Of a stretch of DNA of 64,000 nt, positions 1 to 9,400 are shown piece by piece. The position numbers were made by a program, and so were the translations under genes. A model generated the notes under the pieces. The model ran no database searches. It saw only the letters and a list, made by a program, of their open reading frames with translations, and was not told where the DNA came from. Origin of the DNA: an uncultured Eubacteriales bacterium (GTDB lineage Bacteria > Bacillota > Clostridia > Oscillospirales > Acutalibacteraceae); the NCBI GenBank assembly GCA_949068525.1, contig CARTIQ010000005.1, forward strand, positions 292 through 64,291. The letters run 5' to 3'. Within the stretch, counting starts at the first letter, position 1; every line of letters begins with the position of its first letter.

Positions 1-456
1 CTATTTTTTTTGTAACTAAAAAAGCAACCAAAAACGTTCCTGAGAGAAATTACACTTCCCACTAGGGCTTTCCCAAAACGAGCAGCGAGCCGTTAGAGCA
101 GCCTAAAGAAGGGAAGAATCTTTGCTGCTAAAAAGTAAAAGTTTTGCTCTATTTTTTCAAAAAATCGTGGATTTCAAAGGTGAATCCCTGGTCGGCATCC
201 GCAGATGGCGAAATTTTTTGCCTTAGAAGAGCATTTTTGGCGCCGCCTTTTTGCGATAGGAAAAGGTGTGCATAGGTAAGCAGAGATTTTTGAATTTTCC
301 TGCCATACCGATTTTATAAAAATCATCCACAGGCCACAGTTGTATAAAAGTTTGAAATAATAGCTTTTTTATATAGTTCCCCATTTTAAATGATATTATC
401 AATATGAAAGGCGTTTTCCTAATCAACTCTGCTTAGATCATTTTGCGAGTGCGGGA

Positions 457-485
457 TTGAAATTTTTGGTTTAATGTGGTATAAT
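457..485 (+). promoter_or_regulatory. sigma-A-type promoter for the DUF2992 gene leader
   Basis: TTGAAA lies at 457-462. A 17-nt spacer follows, then an extended -10 TGgTATAAT ending at 485. Confidence 0.6.
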
Positions 486-489
486 CAAC

Positions 490-623
490 AATGTAATTGC
501 TCAGCAGAGCAACATAAAGATAAAAACACGTCCCGGTAGGTAGTCCGGGAGCAGCAATTGCTGTCAGTAGCCTGCCTCCTTTGGTTGTCCGTTCTTTATG
601 TAACTAAAAAAGGAGGAAATCTT
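490..623 (+). promoter_or_regulatory. structured 5' leader: candidate yjdF-class riboswitch or SD-sequestering element
   Basis: A ~130-nt leader separates the promoter from the start codon. It contains hairpin TCCCGG(531-536)/CCGGGA(545-550), hairpin GCTC(499-502)/GAGC(507-510), and a possible long-range pairing AATTGC(495-500)/GCAATT(554-559). CCTCCTTT (575-582) is the exact complement of the Shine-Dalgarno AAAGGAGG (609-616). The yjdF RNA motif is known to precede yjdF/DUF2992 genes in Firmicutes. I could not align this leader to the Rfam consensus from memory. Confidence 0.4.
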
Positions 624-1043
624 GTGCAACCCATTGTCTCTAAATTAACTGTTTTGTTTGAGGACCCTTTTTGGATCGGCCTTTATGAAATTGAGGACGA
701 AAACGTATATTCAGTCTGTAAAATCATGTTCGGAGCGGAGCTGAAAGATTGCGAAGTTTATGATTTAATATTAAAAAGTTGGCATAAGTTTCGTTTTTAT
801 CATTCAAAAAATAATTTATCAGTATCAGAAAAACGTATTAACCCAAAGCGCCGCCAACGAATGATTAATAAACAGTTTAATGGTAAAGCAATCGGAACCA
901 AAGCTCAACAAGCATTAAAGCTTCAGCATGAACAAAATAAATCAAGTAGAAAATTAAAAAAGCGAGAAAACAAAAAAGCAGCGGAAGTTCGTAAATTCAA
1001 TTTAAAACAGGAAAAGCGCAAAGATAGGCACAGAGGGCACTAG
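624..1043 (+). CDS. yjdF: YjdF-family (DUF2992) protein
   Basis: The ORF spans 558-1043. The likely start is GTG 624, 7 nt after AGGAGG (611-616). Segments FWIGLYE, INPKRRQRM and GTKAQQALKLQ, plus a K/R-rich tail ending RHRGH, are collinear with what I recall of B. subtilis YjdF. Confidence 0.75.
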   Translation: MQPIVSKLTVLFEDPFWIGLYEIEDENVYSVCKIMFGAELKDCEVYDLILKSWHKFRFYHSKNNLSVSEKRINPKRRQRMINKQFNGKAIGTKAQQALKLQHEQNKSSRKLKKRENKKAAEVRKFNLKQEKRKDRHRGH

Positions 1044-1062
1044 CCGTCTGTGCTTCTTAAAT
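1028..1062 (+). terminator. intrinsic terminator-like hairpin overlapping the yjdF stop codon
   Basis: The stem is GCACAGA(1028-1034)/TCTGTGC(1047-1053) with a 12-nt loop, followed by a T-rich stretch TTCTTAAATTT. Confidence 0.4.
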
Positions 1063-1108
1063 TTATAAATTAAAATTTGCTAAGTACATATACACGGAAA
1101 ATCATAAA

Positions 1109-1137
1109 TTGACATCCTGTGTCTCATATGTTATAAT
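1109..1137 (+). promoter_or_regulatory. consensus sigma-A promoter for the ABC-F leader
   Basis: TTGACA (1109-1114), an exact 17-nt spacer, then TATAAT (1132-1137) preceded by TGt. Confidence 0.7.
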
Positions 1138-1143
1138 TCAACC

Positions 1144-1349
1144 TGGTGATTGGAATGATTTTGGCAATTGGGGCAGCTTTGTGTTTTGAACATCGATGAG
1201 ACATCATGCAAAGCTTAATTATATAAAAATCTCATCGGTTGGCAGTTGAGGGCGTTTTTGCCTTATTTTGTTGACCGATTTTTTAATTTTAAAGCTGTGG
1301 ACGATGTTTCTCCGCGGCTTTTATTTTTATAATTTTTAGGAGGGATCCC
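1144..1349 (+). promoter_or_regulatory. ~200-nt leader with short uORFs and alternative hairpin/terminator (attenuator candidate) upstream of the ABC-F gene
   Basis: uORF1 is 1155-1199 (MILAIGAALCFEHR, with GGTGA 5 nt upstream). uORF2 is 1196-1249 (MRHHAKLNYIKISSVGS) and overlaps uORF1 through ATGA. Hairpin A pairs 1192-1201 with 1230-1239. Hairpin B pairs ATCGGTTGGCA(1234-1244) with TGTTGACCGAT(1269-1279) and is followed by TTTTTTAATTTT, which looks like an intrinsic terminator. The 3' arm of A overlaps the 5' arm of B, so the two hairpins are mutually exclusive. Confidence 0.5.
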
Positions 1350-2882
1350 ATGGGAATCCTGGAAGTCACGAATTTGACGCATTCTTTTGGAGACAAAGTT
1401 TTATATAAAAACGCAACGTTTGAGCTGTTTAAGGGTGAACATATGGGGATTATTGGCCAAAACGGAACCGGAAAAACGACGCTTTTACGTTCGCTCGTTG
1501 GAGATATCACGCCGGATTCTGGAGATATCCGTTGGCAAAAGTGCATTAAAATTGGGTACCTTGACCAGCACGCGGAAATCGACCGAAAAGTGACTATTTT
1601 TGAATATTTAAAGACTGCGTTTAAAGATTTGTATTTGGTGGAGCGTGAGTTGAATGCGATTTACGAAAATATGGGCGAGGTCACGAATGATGCGGTATTG
1701 GAAAAGGCGTCGGATTATCAAAATCTGCTCGTTAATAACGGGTTTTATGAGATAGAGAGCACGATTCTAAAGGTTTCAGGTGGCCTGGGCATTGATTCTC
1801 TGGGGTTAAACACGTTGCTTGAGACTCTGAGCGGCGGTCAACGGGCAAAGGTGATTTTGGCAAAGCTCCTGCTAGAAAATCCGGATGTTTTGCTACTTGA
1901 TGAGCCCACAAATTTTCTTGATAAAGAGCATGTGGACTGGCTTTCGGAATATTTGAAAAGCTTCAAAGGTGTATTTTTGCTTGTTTCGCATGACTTCGAT
2001 TTTGTTAATAAGATCACGAACTGCATTTTGGATATAGAATTCCAGAAAATTACGAAGTATAGCGGAAATTTCGATAAGTTCCTAAGCGCAAAGCAAGTCA
2101 GAAAGGAAAGCTACGTCCGGGAATTCCAAGCACAGCAAAAGGAAATCAAAAAGCACGAGGAGTTTATTGCAAAAAACAGAGTCCGAGCATCCACCGCAAA
2201 GCAGGCGCAGTCGAGAATAAAGATGCTCAATAAAATGGAAAAGCTGTTGCCACCGCAAACTTCATCTAAACCCAATTTTAGTCTGACATCGTTGCCCATT
2301 TCGGCGCCAAAACCGCTAAAAGTCCACGGTCTTGAGATAGGATACGATAAAGTATTATTGCCAAAAATCACTTTTGAAGTCAAGTCCGGCGAAAAGGTGG
2401 TAATAACGGGGTTTAACGGGATCGGAAAATCCACTCTGCTAAAGACGTTAATGGGGAAAATCCCAGCAATTTCGGGAAACTTTAAATTCGCAGATTACGT
2501 GAAACTAGCATACTTTGAGCAAGACCTAGTGTGGCACGATCCTGATTTAACGCCATTAGAGGTGGTATTGCAGAAATTCCTTAAATTTTCGGACAGAGAC
2601 GCACGAAGACAATTAGCTCGGTGCGGCGTGATGGCAAAAAATGTTACTCAAAAAATATGCACGTTGAGTGGTGGCGAGCAGGCAAAAGTCAAGCTGTGCA
2701 TATTAATAAACACGAAGTCGAACTTTTTAATCTTGGATGAGCCCACGAATCATCTAGATGCCGATGCGAAAAAGGCTTTGAAGGAACAGCTTTTAAATTG
2801 GAGCGGAAGCTTAATCCTTGTGTCCCATGAGGCGGACTTTTATGACAATCTCGCCGATAAAGTAATAAATCTTAAAAAATAA
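1350..2882 (+). CDS. ABC-F family ATPase (two NBDs, no TM domain); possible ribosome-associated or antibiotic-protection type
   Basis: RBS AGGAGGG precedes ATG 1350. Walker A motifs are GQNGTGKT and GFNGIGKS. ABC signatures are LSGGQRAK and LSGGEQAK. Walker B motifs are LLLDEPTNFLD and LILDEPTNHLD. A K/Q/R-rich helical interdomain linker (…KEIKKHEEFIAKNRVRASTAKQAQSRIKML…) is typical of ABC-F proteins. Confidence 0.9.
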   Translation: MGILEVTNLTHSFGDKVLYKNATFELFKGEHMGIIGQNGTGKTTLLRSLVGDITPDSGDIRWQKCIKIGYLDQHAEIDRKVTIFEYLKTAFKDLYLVERELNAIYENMGEVTNDAVLEKASDYQNLLVNNGFYEIESTILKVSGGLGIDSLGLNTLLETLSGGQRAKVILAKLLLENPDVLLLDEPTNFLDKEHVDWLSEYLKSFKGVFLLVSHDFDFVNKITNCILDIEFQKITKYSGNFDKFLSAKQVRKESYVREFQAQQKEIKKHEEFIAKNRVRASTAKQAQSRIKMLNKMEKLLPPQTSSKPNFSLTSLPISAPKPLKVHGLEIGYDKVLLPKITFEVKSGEKVVITGFNGIGKSTLLKTLMGKIPAISGNFKFADYVKLAYFEQDLVWHDPDLTPLEVVLQKFLKFSDRDARRQLARCGVMAKNVTQKICTLSGGEQAKVKLCILINTKSNFLILDEPTNHLDADAKKALKEQLLNWSGSLILVSHEADFYDNLADKVINLKK

Positions 2883-2932
2883 GAAGGACAAATTTATGTT
2901 TATATCAGAAATAAAAAAATAAGAAATGCTAT

Positions 2933-3389
2933 ATGAAATTATGGCGAATTGCAGATGAATCGGAAAACATGATTAATAGATATTTGGAACGTGGAACAAT
3001 GTATGTTTTGAACGATAACGGAATCAAGAATATTTGTGTAGTTACAAATGAAAGCAACAACATCCTTGAAATAAAAAATATTGTAACGGTCCCTAAGTGC
3101 AAAAACCAAGGTTACGATAAAAAGATGATAAAATTTGTTGAGGATAAACATAGAAATGAATTTAAAAACTTACAAGTAGGGACAGGATAGCCCTTCAGTG
3201 ATTTCGTTTTACGAAAAAAGTGGCTTTAGAAAGTCCTATAAAATCAAAAATTTCTTTGTTGACAATTACGAAAAACCAATATATGAATGTGGTATACGGC
3301 TAACCGACATGATATACTTGACTAAGAGCCTAAATCATTTAGCGCATTTAAATATTGAAACGAGAAAAACAGATAACAAAAATAAATGA
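2933..3389 (+). pseudogene. GNAT-family N-acetyltransferase, split by a frameshift/stop near 3185-3190
   Basis: ORF 2933-3190 ends …NLQVGTG*. ORF 3198-3389 begins VISFYEKSGFRKSYKIKNFF. Read in the second frame from 3186, the junction gives DSPSVISFYEKSGF. Together the two pieces (~146 aa) rebuild a standard small GNAT (…LEIKNI.V…Q.GY.KKMI…QVGTG(D)SPS.ISFYEK.GF…). Confidence 0.6.
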
Positions 3390-3419
3390 GGACACAAGAA
3401 AAACCTTGTGTCCTTTTTT
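3390..3419 (+). terminator. strong intrinsic terminator between the convergent GNAT and giant genes
   Basis: The stem is GGACACAAG(3390-3398)/CTTGTGTCC(3405-3413) with a 6-nt loop, followed by TTTTTT (3414-3419). Its position could let it serve both convergent genes. Confidence 0.8.
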
Positions 3420-3476
3420 CTTGCATTTAACTGTAACGGATTGCTTAACTTAAAGTTAAAAGCAGTTAATTGTTTT

Positions 3477-6400
3477 TTAATCGAAGGGACCAAACCCTGA
3501 ATATGTGTCGCCATTTTTCTTGTAAGGAGAATTACTTTTGCTTGCAGGATTTTCTTCTTTAGGGGTAGTGGGTGAACCAAATTCTTCATAATTGTTATTT
3601 GTTTCGGCATCCCCGTCAGGGCTGTCCCAAGGGGGTAGGTGAACGGTATTGTTGTTTTGTGGCGTGTTTTGGGGAGGTGTTTGAGCGTTTTGTGGCGTGC
3701 CTTGGTTAGGGGTTTCATTATTATTTTTATTAGGGCTGAAAAAATTTTTAATAGAGCCCCAAAATCCATGGTTGTTTTTTGTAGGAGTGATAGCTGTAGC
3801 CATTTTTATAGGATCAGGTATTTGATTCAAATTCATGTTTAGAGGTGTATGAATTTGTAGCAACGCTGTGGTTGGAGCAGGCGGAGGGGTTTGTTGATTA
3901 TCAGGGAGATTTGTTAAATTGTTAGCTTGATCTAGCGGGTGTTCATTTTCGGGTTGAGGTATCTGCGCATTTTGCTGCTGTGTGTTATCCGTGCGATCAA
4001 GTAAAGGAGTTACGGGTTGCACATTTGTTCCCCGGCGATTCGGAGTTAAAAATGTAGTGGTTTGAGCATGTTGCTGATTTTCTGGGTTTTCAGTCTGTGC
4101 CTCAGCAGGAGTTTCATTCTGTTGCTGATTTTCGTTCTGGTTATTTTCATTTAAATTATCATTTTCATCTTCATCATCGGCAAGTACATCATTATCATCT
4201 AAAAAGTTTGTAGGGGGTTGCAAACCTTTACCATCGCCGAAGTCGCTTCCACTATCAAAAAAATGATTTTCTCCTTCACCCTGTTGCGCCATGTATTCTG
4301 CGGCAACCTGTTTTGTTAGTTTGACTTGATCACTTATATCACTAGAAGTTTCAGATTCAATTCTTACCGCATCTGAGGGGATGTCTGGTATATCCACATC
4401 AGAAAATTTACCGCTTTGCTTATTGTTTTCTTGGTTACGCTCTTGCGTTAATTTTTCCAAAAATTCTCTTGTTAGTCTGATTTGATCACTTATATCACTA
4501 GAAGATTCAGATTCAATTCTTACCGCATCTGAGGAGATGTCTGGTATATCCACATCAAAAAAAATCTTTTCGTTTTCTTCCTCGGTTACATTTTGATTAT
4601 TCTGTTGCTCAGTTTCATTCTGTTGCTGATTTTCGTTCTGGTTATCTTCACTTAAATTATAATTATCATTTTTACTATCAGCGAGATTGTTTTCGTTTTG
4701 TGTTCGGCTATCGTATAAATTGTTAAGCGACTTTGACCTTTTGCTTTGCAAATTTTTGAATAGTTGATTGTCATCTTTCGCAGCAGGAGCTTGATCCTGT
4801 TGCACAATGTTTACATTCTGTGTCTCTTCTTCATTGTTTTCAGTCTGCTCCGCAGCATTTCCATTCTTTGTCTCTTCTTCAGTCGCTTGCTCATTATTAT
4901 CAGCCGGTGGTTCAGTTTCATTCTGTTGCAGATTTTCTTGGGTTACAGGCTGTTGCTGATTTTCGCTAGAATTTGAAGCTGGTTTAATATCTGCCGTAGA
5001 ATCTTTTGAATTTTGGTGGGTTTCTCCTTGTTGATTCTGGCCACTATTGGACACCAATGGAGTTACAGGTGGTTTCTCGGTTTTGTTTGCCTTTGGTGTG
5101 CTAAAAGTCCCGTTAGGTGTTTCTCTTTCTTGAGAATTGTTTTGCGCGCCTTCTTTAGGTCTGTTCATAAGTGGTGATTTAAATCCAGGTCGCGGATTAG
5201 CCGAGCATCTAGATTTTAAAAAAGTATGATTGCTGAGTTCGAAACTTATTTCCCCGAAACGGTCACTTTTATACTTATTTGGAACATAAATAGAGGGGAT
5301 TTCTGTAACCTTGCTATTGCCCATAGAGGAAAAAATGTAAGATTTAGCTGGGTTTTTTAGCCCGTGATAAGTAATGGATTCTAAACTGGAGCAATAAATA
5401 AAAGCAAAACTATCAATAAACTTTACGCTAGCAGGAATAACAAGCTCTTTAAGGCTTAAACAGTTACAAAAAGCCAGCCTCCCAATTGTCTCCAACCCTT
5501 CTGCAAGCTTAATTGAATGTAAGCCAGTGCAGTTTTCAAACGCTGAATTTCCTATAGAAGTTACGCTATTAGGGATTTCTATTTGTTGTAGACTGCTGCA
5601 ATCAGCAAAAGCCTTCTTGCCAATAGAAGTTGTTCCATAGTTTATTTTTACGTTGGTTAAGTTACTGCAGTTTTCAAACGCTGAATTTCCTATAGAAGTT
5701 ACGCTATTAGGGATTTCTATTTGTTGTAGACTGCTGCAATCAGCAAAAGCCTTCTTGCCAATAGAAGTTGTTCCATAGTTTATTTTTACGTTGGTTAAGT
5801 TACTGCAGTTTTCAAACGCCGAATCTCCTATAGAAGTTACGCTATTAGGGATTTCTATTTGTTGTAGACTGCTGCAAAAACCAAAAGCATTCTCGCCAAT
5901 AAAAGTTACGTTAACGGGGATATTAATCTGTTGCAATTTTGTGCAACAAAAAAACGTAAATTTTTCAATAGATTTTAAATTCTTTGGGATATTTATTTGT
6001 TTCAAACTTTCGCAATTCCAAAATACATCTTCCCCAATGGAAGTAACAGTCTCTGGGATTTTTACAGATTCTATGTTTAAACAATCCATAAACGCAGCGC
6101 TGCCAATAGAAGTTACACCTTCTTTTATATTGACAGTTTTTATTTCACCGCTGTATTTGAGTTGCCATGGTGCAGGAGCAATATCTTCGCCCTTATAATC
6201 ATAATTTGCCATATTGCCTGCGCCAGAGATCTCTAGGTTGCCATCTTTATAAAGCACCCATTTAACGTTTTGCCCATTATTTACAGAGGTATCTCCACAA
6301 AAACCTTCTACAAGGATATTCTCATTTGCTGGATCTTCGTTTTGTGTTCGGTTCTCGTATAAATTGTTAAGCGACTTTGCCCTTTTGATTTGTTTGTTGT

Positions 6401-9400
6401 TTTTATTGTTACGTTTATTTTCTAGGATTTTATCATCGGTGTGCGCAACTGTTGTCAACATGTTATTCTTCAAATTTTTGAATAGCTCTTTATCCTTATT
6501 GGCTTCTATAGCAGGCTTTATTAATGCATCAACGTAATCGTATATATCCGTTGGCGATAAACTTCCGAGGTTATCTCCTTCCTCAGCATCTTCTTCATAT
6601 TCCTCGTTAGAACTTATATCAAATTCTTTATAGATTGAATTTTCTGAGCCTCCACTCATATTTTGGTTTGGAAAAGCATTATTCTCACTTTTAGGTTCTT
6701 CAGCGCTATTGGTTTCGTTTTGAGCTTCTTCTTTAGTGCCACCGTCTTTACTCTGTTCAACGCTGGTGAGCCCATTTTCGTTTTCTTCCTCGGTTACATT
6801 TTGATTATTCTGTTGCTCAGTTTCATTCTGTTGCACAGCAGGAGCTTGAGGCTGTAGCATAATGTTTTCATCCGTTTGCGCATTGTTATTAGCCGCTAGC
6901 CCAATGTTTTCAGGATGTAGCTCAACAGGAGCTTCAGACGTTACCTGCATTTTATTCTGTGAGTTTTCAACTTGATTTTCGTCGGAGGTTATTGATGTGT
7001 TTTGAGGTTCTTCGTTGCTTGAAGTTAAACGATCAGTCTTATTTCTTTGTCTACTTCTGCCCGAACCGTTACCTTTTTGTTTTTGATTTTGTTTGTGCCT
7101 TTTTTTCTTATCGGCAAGTTTTTGAGCCGCTAGGGTGTCTTTTTGTGTTTTTTTCTCAAGAGCGTTCAATTGTTGATCGTTGTTCTTTGGAGTTTGAGCT
7201 GATTGCTGATTTTCTTGGGTTACAGGCAGTTGCCCAGTGTTTACAGTCTGTTCCTTAGCATTTTCATTCTGCTGGTCATTTTTATCCTGTAGCTCAACAG
7301 GCGGTTGGGTGTTTTTAGCCGGTTGTTCAGCAGGTGCTTGAGTAACAAATATAATTGGTTGTGCCGCTGGGAGAAATTTATTAATTTCTGTCTGGAGCCA
7401 AGCCTTGTACCGCTTAAATTCATCTGACTGCCTTATTGCTTGAATTCTATTAAGTAAATCCGTATTTTCTTTACGACCTCCAAATAACATAGACAGTATG
7501 GCAGCCTTATTCATAACGTCATTGTATTCATAAACAGGCTCGTCGGCCTGCTTTTCACGAGACCGAAACTCAAATGGGCATTTTTCCTTGACAAATTTTT
7601 GAAATACTTGGGCATCGGTAAAGGTTTTATTGGTTTTAGTGCAATCTTTAGTTATTGTTGTTCCGTCAAGACGAGCGTTGCTGCCGAAGCTGAATACCAT
7701 TTGGTCGGCGTTATAATCAATTTGTGCCGAGAGAGAAAAGGTGCTTAGCTCGCGTTGCACTTCGGGAGGGAGATTTTCAAGGGTGTGGCTTCTTAAATTT
7801 GCGATAAGCTGGTTAAGCTTTTCTTGAGGGGAAGCAGTCTGAGCATTGAGGTCTCTTGTATTTTTTAAAAGAAGTTGCTTAGCTGCTTTAAAGTTTTGCG
7901 TACTAATATTCGGGCAACCATCCGGCTTTAAGAAAGTAACATTGTCAGACTGGGTTGCATCCCAGCTCATTGTACAGACATAATTATCAACATATACATT
8001 CATAGTTGCAGACTCGACTTTGCGGTCTTTATTTTTTTGTGAGACTATAATCGGCACATCAACACAAGTAGTTGCCCGATTAATTAGTTTGGAGTTTTCC
8101 GCTGCATTTTTTATTGCAGCATCTCTATTTTTGGGGCTTCCATCGCTAGATACTATAACAGTTTGCAAATCTTTTGCATTGGCATTTTTGTCGTTGCTTT
8201 CTAAAAAAGACCTTATAAGATTTTCTTTTAATTTTTGTTGCGTTTTTTTAGAAGCTTTATCTATATCGGTTTTTTCAGAAGCTTCGATAAATATATTATA
8301 TCCTTTGTCAAAAGCCGTAAAATAACCGCTATACTGTTGATCTGTCTGTTGATTTGCAGGCCGCAGCCAATTGTACAATCCCGCAGCAAGACTTGCGACG
8401 CCACCCGCAATGGTTCCGGCAATTGCCAAGGGGCTCCAACTAGAGGCTTCTTTATTTGTGCTTTTATCCTCAACCGCTGAGAATGTTGTTATATCTGCAT
8501 TATCCTTGCCAAAGCCTGCAGAATTAGTTTCGCTGTTAGAAAACTTAACTTCGGTACTGCTAGTGTTGCTTGTGTTTGTTTGAGGAGCTCCAGCTTGTAT
8601 TGTTCCGCTGACGTTATCAGGAAAATTAAATGTGTTCGGAGCAATCTCTATATTAGTACCATTTTGTAATTGCATTTCAGCTGCATCGGGGACATTTGAG
8701 CTTTCAATATTTATTACAGGCCGCGTTCCTCTCGGTATATTTGAACCTTTTGGGGTGGTTGTGATTACTTTGTCGCCTGGTATATTTACTCCGGAACTGT
8801 TTGAGATATCATAACTTGTTGGCTTAAGGGATGGTTCTTCTGAATTTCTATCTTCTACTTTTTTTAAGATCCCTACTGTTCTTTGATCAACAGTATCTGC
8901 TAAATCAGGCCTTAAAGGATTATTAACAACCGCTTGTCCTTCATCCACCAATGCGTTGGAGCCACTGCCTTCGTAATTTAAAGGAGTCTTATTAACATCA
9001 ACAGACGTCGGTATATTTGAACCTTGTTGGCCAACGAATTGTGTTGCCGCACTGTCTGCCACCACTACAGGCGTTTGTATTTGAGAGGCATTTTCTTGTA
9101 GCTGTATTTCATTGACATCAACAGGCACTTGTCTAATAAAATGTTCTCCGCTCCATGAGGACCCACCCTCGGTAACAATAGAGTCTAGGTTTTCTAATTT
9201 ACTGCTATCCAAATCGTCTTGTGATGGATTATGCCACTCTCCAGGGGTAAATATTAGATCTTGCGGGAGGGGAGTTACCCTATTATAAGAGGGCAAGTTT
9301 TCGGCTGCTACCCTCCAAGAAGGTGTGATAGTTGTATTCCCCTGTTGTTGTATAGAAGGAGGATTTGTATAACCAAAATCATCTTGTGGAAGTTGATTTA

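Noticed and set aside
223-426. A 67-aa ORF (minus strand) near the left edge, considered as a possible small gene.
   Set aside because: It has no Shine-Dalgarno sequence before either candidate start. I recognise no family. The reading frame stays open past the stop codon, which suggests a remnant. I kept it only as part of the low-interest left-edge observation.
1350-2882. The ABC-type ATPase, considered as the missing exporter for the GG-leader proteins.
   Set aside because: It has two fused NBDs, no transmembrane domain and no C39 peptidase domain. It is an ABC-F translation factor-type protein, not a transporter.
3335-3769. A 144-aa ORF on the minus strand overlapping the 3' end of the giant gene.
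   Set aside because: It is in a different frame of the same strand as the giant gene's N/Q/P-rich tail. It also runs through the strong terminator hairpin at 3390-3419. It is a low-complexity frame artefact.
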